NCBI GenBank assembly: GCA_965215015.1
Contig: OZ244042.1
Span: 3,968,001 to 4,032,000 of the forward strand
Direction of reading: 5' to 3'
DNA: 64,000 nt
Source of the DNA: Candidatus Poribacteria bacterium
Lineage (GTDB): Bacteria > Poribacteria > WGA-4E > PCPOR2b
The notes under the pieces were generated by a model, which saw nothing but the letters and a program-made list of their open reading frames with translations, was not told where the DNA came from and ran no database searches. Positions 59,069 through 64,000 of the stretch are shown here, piece after piece (positions within the stretch are counted from its first letter, which is position 1; each line of letters opens with the position of its first letter). Position numbers and translations under genes: made by a program.

Positions 59069-62000
59069 ATGACCTTAAAATACCTGATACTCGGCGGAAG
59101 TGCCTTGCTTCTCGGATTCCTGTTTTTTCCGCGTGGGGCGGTTGTACCGGTTGCCGATCAAGATTTTATCGCCCCTATTCGTACCCTCGATAATGAACCC
59201 CTCCACTACACTGGCATTCTGCGAACGGATCCGATTGTCACAACGTATGATTTAGGGTTTGTCTATAAAATTGATAAAGCAGAAATCCACTTTGAGAACC
59301 CCGATGAGAGCGGTCCCGGGCAGTATGACATCCTTGTCCATACCGATCGCGCTGGGCAACGGTTTGAACGGGCTTTTTCTTATACGGGCAGTTCTCGCGA
59401 ATATACATATCCCCTACAGGCCCTCCCCCTTCCGATTGAAGCACGCTGGGTGCAAGTCGTCATCAACGACTGGTTCAGTAACAAGCCACAACTGCAAAAA
59501 GATACGTTTCGCGTCGGTCCCCGCTATCAGTCCCATAGTCCAATTCTAGTACTTGACGCAAACTACAACGCTACTGAGCTCCAGCAGCTGGGGGATTTGC
59601 TTCCCTTTGAAAGCTCCAAATGGGTTGCGGCACAACGGATAGAGAAAGAGGTAAGGCAGGGAGACGGAAAAAAAGCGACAGAAATTTCCTATAAGAGGCC
59701 AACAAGCGCGATTCACGTGACCGGCGATCTCGGGTCGAATCAGAAAATCTACGGTGTACGGCTGACAACAGATGGGCCCGGAAACAACCTCAAGCGGTAT
59801 CAATTTTCCGTCAGCGATGACGGACGGGCCTACACAGAAGTCTATGTATCCCATACACTCGCTGATGAGGTTGCTACACACTTCCGTCAATTCCAGATGC
59901 CAATATCGGGACGTTATATCCGTCTGCAAATTGAACAGGGGGATTGGTACGGAGATTATCCTGAGATTCGAGAGCTTGAGGTTTTCACAGACACCTACCG
60001 GCTGCCTCCTCTGATTAACGCCAGATTAGATGAGTACAACGCAGTGCAGATGCACTATGAAAATCTGGGTGAAGGTGGAAACGCCTTGGCACCCCATTTG
60101 GTCCAAGGCTTCGCGTTTGATAGGGACGTAGGCGATGAAAGCCGTTACCGGCTACCGGAAGGCGACGCCTCAGATGCAGTGGAGGCGGGCAATACACCGA
60201 GCCAGAGGAGCTTTGCTTACCATTACGATACTGTCAGTCTCAGATTCACCGATCTGCAGCCATCGTTGTTATACTGGCTGAAAGTAACCTATCTTCAGGA
60301 AAAGGGTGGCATCCGGATACAGAACCTTGATGTTGACGGCTTTCTGCTGCACGGCGCACTCGTCCTTCCGAGAGGCAGGGCGGAGTCCTATACCTACGCG
60401 ATTCCAAGTGAGGCTTATACCGATGGCGAGATTGGCCTCCACTTTAACCGTTTGGCCGGTCCGAATGCAGCGGTTTCGGAGGTTTCTATCTTTGAAGCCC
60501 ATCCAACTACCGGAGTAGACCACGCCCACACTGAATCGGCAGAATTGAATGGCACAACAATCGGGCAGGCGATTCGTATGAGCGAAAAAGTTGTGATTGA
60601 TGGAACGCTAGATGAGTGGCCGTTGCTCTACCCAATGCTTTCTCAGGGCTACGACAACCCTGCGGATTCGCCTGTAGTGCTCTACGCACAGTGGGATGAT
60701 GATAATCTGTATATTGCAGGAATCATCAACCGACACGCTGAGCCCAATCCAAAACCGCGAAAATCCAGGGGTAACGAGGCATTGCATCTATTTGTCGATA
60801 CGACGCTGAGGCAATCCCCGGGTATGTATACCTCCAGTGAGCACCACCTTGTTTTTACCATTCTCGATCCACATCGTCCGCAGCCCCGGGTACATCCGTC
60901 TCAGATACATCATCACCTTGACGCCATCCCGAAAAACATCGACTTTCACGAGCATATCGAAGCGCAGGCTGCGAAAACGAAGACGGGGTATATCGTTGAA
61001 GCCAGAATTCCTAAAGATTTGGTGTTAAATGCGTTTCAACCAGCGATTGACCGTTCTATCGGCCTCAATTACATCATGGTCAACCTCAATCTAGCGAAGG
61101 GCCCATCTGGATGGTTCGCATACGCTTCGGACGAGCTTACTGCTCCGCCAAGCCGCTGGAATGAAGTTGAACTTGTAAACCGAGTCAGCGGGAGTACGAT
61201 GTTAATGGATGCGCGTGCAGCCCAATCAATTACGTCGTTTAATGCCGGCGATACGCTGACCCTCTGTGTGTGGGACGCTGACCGGAATACAGATCGGCAT
61301 CAGGTGGAATGGATCGAGGCCAAATTGCGAAATGATACAAGCCGCCAATCGATGCCAATTGTCCTCCATGAGTCCGATTTTACCTCGCTCACTGATGATA
61401 ATCCGAATAACGATTTCGATCGGAACAGTTCCCTCTTTGCGGCGAAGATTGCTACTGCTTATGGTGGAAGCGTGGAAGGTGGGGCAGATTCGCAAACGCT
61501 TTTTGTGCGTGGTGGGGAGACGGTCTCTTTGAGATATATCGATCCCTACTATAGCAGTACCCAACAAGACCGCACCGTGAGCACCACTGTGGGAGTGAAC
61601 ATTGGGTTGACCGGAACAATCGCAATCACGACGAAGTCTGGCGAACCCGTCGAGGCGTTCCAGCTGGGTGAAACCCTGTACATACAGGTCGAAGATTCCG
61701 ATCTGCTCAAGGAAATTGGTAAATCGGCAGATCAAGCGGTTGGCGCATTGACACCCCACGATATGGGGATAATTGTCCAACTGGTTGTACCTGAAACAGG
61801 CGAGACTGAACCTGTTAAGCTGACCTACCAACCGGAGCAGAGACGCTATGTCGGATCGATTGCTACAGGGTATAGTAAGGCTCCAGCACCGAATGATGGG
61901 CGTTTGGATGCATTAGGTGAGCAGATAGCGGCAGCAATATATATAGATAAGATTCAATCCACCGGCGAAACAAACGTCCCGGTGAGTGCACAGGCAAGCG

Positions 62001-64000
62001 TTACCATCGGCGACACGGGAGGAGTCGAATTGCTCCGGATAGATGGTCTCCCGTTCTTGGATAATCAGAAATTTTTCAAAGCAGGTAGTACCCTCGCTGT
62101 TCTGGTGCGTGACACAGATTTGGATCGGTGGGAGACTGTCGATGTTCTCCTAAATGGCGATCGACTCAAGGACCGGTATCAACTCACCCTGAAAGAGGCA
62201 CCTGACGTTTCGGGCCAATTCACAGGACAATTTAGGACCCAATATGCAACAAGTGCAGACGCCTCCAACAACCTGCTTGAAGTCACGGGCAAAGAGGTCG
62301 TGATGGTTAGCTATGTTGACGCATTAAGTGGCTCTGGAAACACGCAAATTACGGTCACAGACACAGCACAGGTTATGGCTGGTAGTGATGGGGTACTCGA
62401 CATTCTCAAAGCCAACTACGTCACCAATCTGGAAAACTTTAACGCGGGTGACAGGCTCTACGTCCGCCTCTTTGACACGGATATCACCGATGAATCTGTT
62501 AAAATCACGCTCATTGGAGAGCGGTTGAAAGACCACGAAACGGTGCAACTGTTTCCATCCATAGGGGAAGGTGCCCGGGTCTACCCTGTCCAGGGAACTT
62601 TCTTCGGTTTAATCCAAACCGCTTACGACACACAGCGTCAGGAGACGGATGACATCTTGCAAGTGCAAGGCACGGAGAGGGTACGAGCCATTTATATTGA
62701 CGAACTGCAATCTACCGGCGAAACCAATGTCGAATTTCATGATACCTGCACGGCAAATGTCGGTATAACAGGGGAACTCAAGGTCTATAACAAAAGAGAT
62801 TTTGACTACGCTTTGGCTAAAAATCTTGAAATATCGAGTTTTCGAGCCGGTGATACGCTGATTTTGGAAATCCAGGATGCCGATCTCAGCACCACAAACG
62901 CAGTTGCCCAACTGCTTGAAACTGATTTCACTGAAGACACAGTTCAGGATAGTACTAATGTGACTTTGGTTAAAACAGCAGACAGCGTGGACATCTTTCG
63001 CGGTGAGATTAAAACCGACTATGGTAATACTCCTATTCCGAACGACAAGGTCTTACAGGTACAGGGTGAGGGCATTGTGACATGCACTTATATTGATGCG
63101 CTACAGAATACGGGGGCAACGCAGGTGCCGATTCAGGTGGAGCTCTCTGTCGAAACAGGTGATAGTGGTCAACTGGAAATTTACGGGGCGGACAGTGGAA
63201 TCATTATCAGCAGTTCTACTGTGGGCACCGGCAGTTTCAACGCGGGTGAAAGATTAAGGATTCGGTTGAGGGATAAGGATCTGAATCGATCCCCAAGGGT
63301 ATCCGACACTGTACAGATAGTAGTCTTAGGTAATGTCCTCGCTGACAAGGTTCGGATTATTTTGCGTGAGATCTCAAACAACAGTGCGGTTTTTGAGGGA
63401 AATTTATGGACCCAAAAAGGGGAACCATCAATCAGCAAGGATGGCGCACCAATCACCACAGATGAAATCCTACAAATCACGGACAAAGAGGCCATCACCG
63501 CTGTATATCTCGACGAAATTACCACAACCGGTGAAACGGGAGTTCAAACCCAGCTCCAAGCCGTCGTGTTGGGCAGCAGTGCGGGCGTGCTACGCATCGT
63601 TGACGCGTCCGCCGTTGATTCGTTGCTCAATCCCGAGGCAACCATCCCCAGCTTCACATCACCGCCGAGAAATTTTGCTCGCAGCCATGAATTGGGTAGC
63701 TTTAACGCCGGTCAAACAATCGCCTTCTGGCTCGAAGATTTGCTCCTCAGCACAGTTGTCGAAGTCACTGAAGTAAAGATTACGGTCACCGGCGATAAAA
63801 CAGGGGATGAGGTTGAAGTTACACTCTATGAGAAGTCGGGGACTGAAGGAATTTTTATCGGTTCTGTCCCGACCCGATACGGCACAACGCCGATTGCTGA
63901 TGAAACTTTGGAGGTGCAAGGTGACGAAGAGATACAAGCAACCTATACACCGAATTTTCGAGGGGTGAACCCCGTCGTTGAAGATTTCGCTTACGTCAAC
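59069..64000 (+). CDS. Giant secreted/surface protein (>1644 aa, runs off window): discoidin-like, CBM9/DOMON-like and >=7 Ig-like repeats
   Basis: Not in the ORF track because it has no stop in the window. Open from ATG 59069 to 64000. Hydrophobic N-terminus; DLG...SDDG...GRYIRL...EIRELEVF; IDGTLDEW...WDDDNLY...GYIVEARIP; repeats starting F(N/Q/K/R)(A/L)G. Confidence 0.9.
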   Translation, partial: MTLKYLILGGSALLLGFLFFPRGAVVPVADQDFIAPIRTLDNEPLHYTGILRTDPIVTTYDLGFVYKIDKAEIHFENPDESGPGQYDILVHTDRAGQRFERAFSYTGSSREYTYPLQALPLPIEARWVQVVINDWFSNKPQLQKDTFRVGPRYQSHSPILVLDANYNATELQQLGDLLPFESSKWVAAQRIEKEVRQGDGKKATEISYKRPTSAIHVTGDLGSNQKIYGVRLTTDGPGNNLKRYQFSVSDDGRAYTEVYVSHTLADEVATHFRQFQMPISGRYIRLQIEQGDWYGDYPEIRELEVFTDTYRLPPLINARLDEYNAVQMHYENLGEGGNALAPHLVQGFAFDRDVGDESRYRLPEGDASDAVEAGNTPSQRSFAYHYDTVSLRFTDLQPSLLYWLKVTYLQEKGGIRIQNLDVDGFLLHGALVLPRGRAESYTYAIPSEAYTDGEIGLHFNRLAGPNAAVSEVSIFEAHPTTGVDHAHTESAELNGTTIGQAIRMSEKVVIDGTLDEWPLLYPMLSQGYDNPADSPVVLYAQWDDDNLYIAGIINRHAEPNPKPRKSRGNEALHLFVDTTLRQSPGMYTSSEHHLVFTILDPHRPQPRVHPSQIHHHLDAIPKNIDFHEHIEAQAAKTKTGYIVEARIPKDLVLNAFQPAIDRSIGLNYIMVNLNLAKGPSGWFAYASDELTAPPSRWNEVELVNRVSGSTMLMDARAAQSITSFNAGDTLTLCVWDADRNTDRHQVEWIEAKLRNDTSRQSMPIVLHESDFTSLTDDNPNNDFDRNSSLFAAKIATAYGGSVEGGADSQTLFVRGGETVSLRYIDPYYSSTQQDRTVSTTVGVNIGLTGTIAITTKSGEPVEAFQLGETLYIQVEDSDLLKEIGKSADQAVGALTPHDMGIIVQLVVPETGETEPVKLTYQPEQRRYVGSIATGYSKAPAPNDGRLDALGEQIAAAIYIDKIQSTGETNVPVSAQASVTIGDTGGVELLRIDGLPFLDNQKFFKAGSTLAVLVRDTDLDRWETVDVLLNGDRLKDRYQLTLKEAPDVSGQFTGQFRTQYATSADASNNLLEVTGKEVVMVSYVDALSGSGNTQITVTDTAQVMAGSDGVLDILKANYVTNLENFNAGDRLYVRLFDTDITDESVKITLIGERLKDHETVQLFPSIGEGARVYPVQGTFFGLIQTAYDTQRQETDDILQVQGTERVRAIYIDELQSTGETNVEFHDTCTANVGITGELKVYNKRDFDYALAKNLEISSFRAGDTLILEIQDADLSTTNAVAQLLETDFTEDTVQDSTNVTLVKTADSVDIFRGEIKTDYGNTPIPNDKVLQVQGEGIVTCTYIDALQNTGATQVPIQVELSVETGDSGQLEIYGADSGIIISSSTVGTGSFNAGERLRIRLRDKDLNRSPRVSDTVQIVVLGNVLADKVRIILREISNNSAVFEGNLWTQKGEPSISKDGAPITTDEILQITDKEAITAVYLDEITTTGETGVQTQLQAVVLGSSAGVLRIVDASAVDSLLNPEATIPSFTSPPRNFARSHELGSFNAGQTIAFWLEDLLLSTVVEVTEVKITVTGDKTGDEVEVTLYEKSGTEGIFIGSVPTRYGTTPIADETLEVQGDEEIQATYTPNFRGVNPVVEDFAYVN

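Noticed and set aside
174-63937. Most short ORFs in the six-frame track
   Set aside because: They are antisense or off-frame shadows of well-supported genes, including all ORFs beyond 59069, which lie within the giant CDS.
1-64000. CRISPR array or cas genes
   Set aside because: No run of regularly spaced identical repeats with unique spacers; the repeats are dispersed, degenerate and palindromic.

Overview
Bacterial chromosomal window (~49% GC) with about 45 protein genes and no rRNA, tRNA or CRISPR array that I can see. It mixes housekeeping genes (recQ, cysC, korA/korB, comM/yifB, sppA, an ECF sigma factor) with catabolic genes: two sulfatases, three PhyH-type dioxygenases (one frameshifted), two enolase-superfamily dehydratases, a duplicated UxaA-family dehydratase, TIM-barrel epimerases and dehydrogenases. 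This profile resembles Candidatus Poribacteria (inference). Two real genes are missing from the ORF track because they run off the window: an arylsulfatase at the left edge and a >1644-aa repeat-rich surface protein at the right edge. Intergenic DNA is largely nested small mobile elements: GTAG-type REPs, several MITE families, an IS1595 fragment and three IS200/IS605-type remnants. The best candidates for something new are (i) an ORF-less IS605-type element carrying a sigma70 promoter and a ~220-nt structured RNA, (ii) a ~25-bp palindromic micro-element found repeatedly inside the hairpins of other elements, (iii) a tandem UxaA whose two halves lost complementary conserved residues, (iv) a half-length Nma111/DEG7-like protease next to an EEP-cyclophilin fusion with two catalytic Asp-to-Asn changes, (v) a GT2/GT21 plus radical SAM pair, and (vi) the giant surface protein. 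All family calls come from motif recognition by eye; no searches were run.
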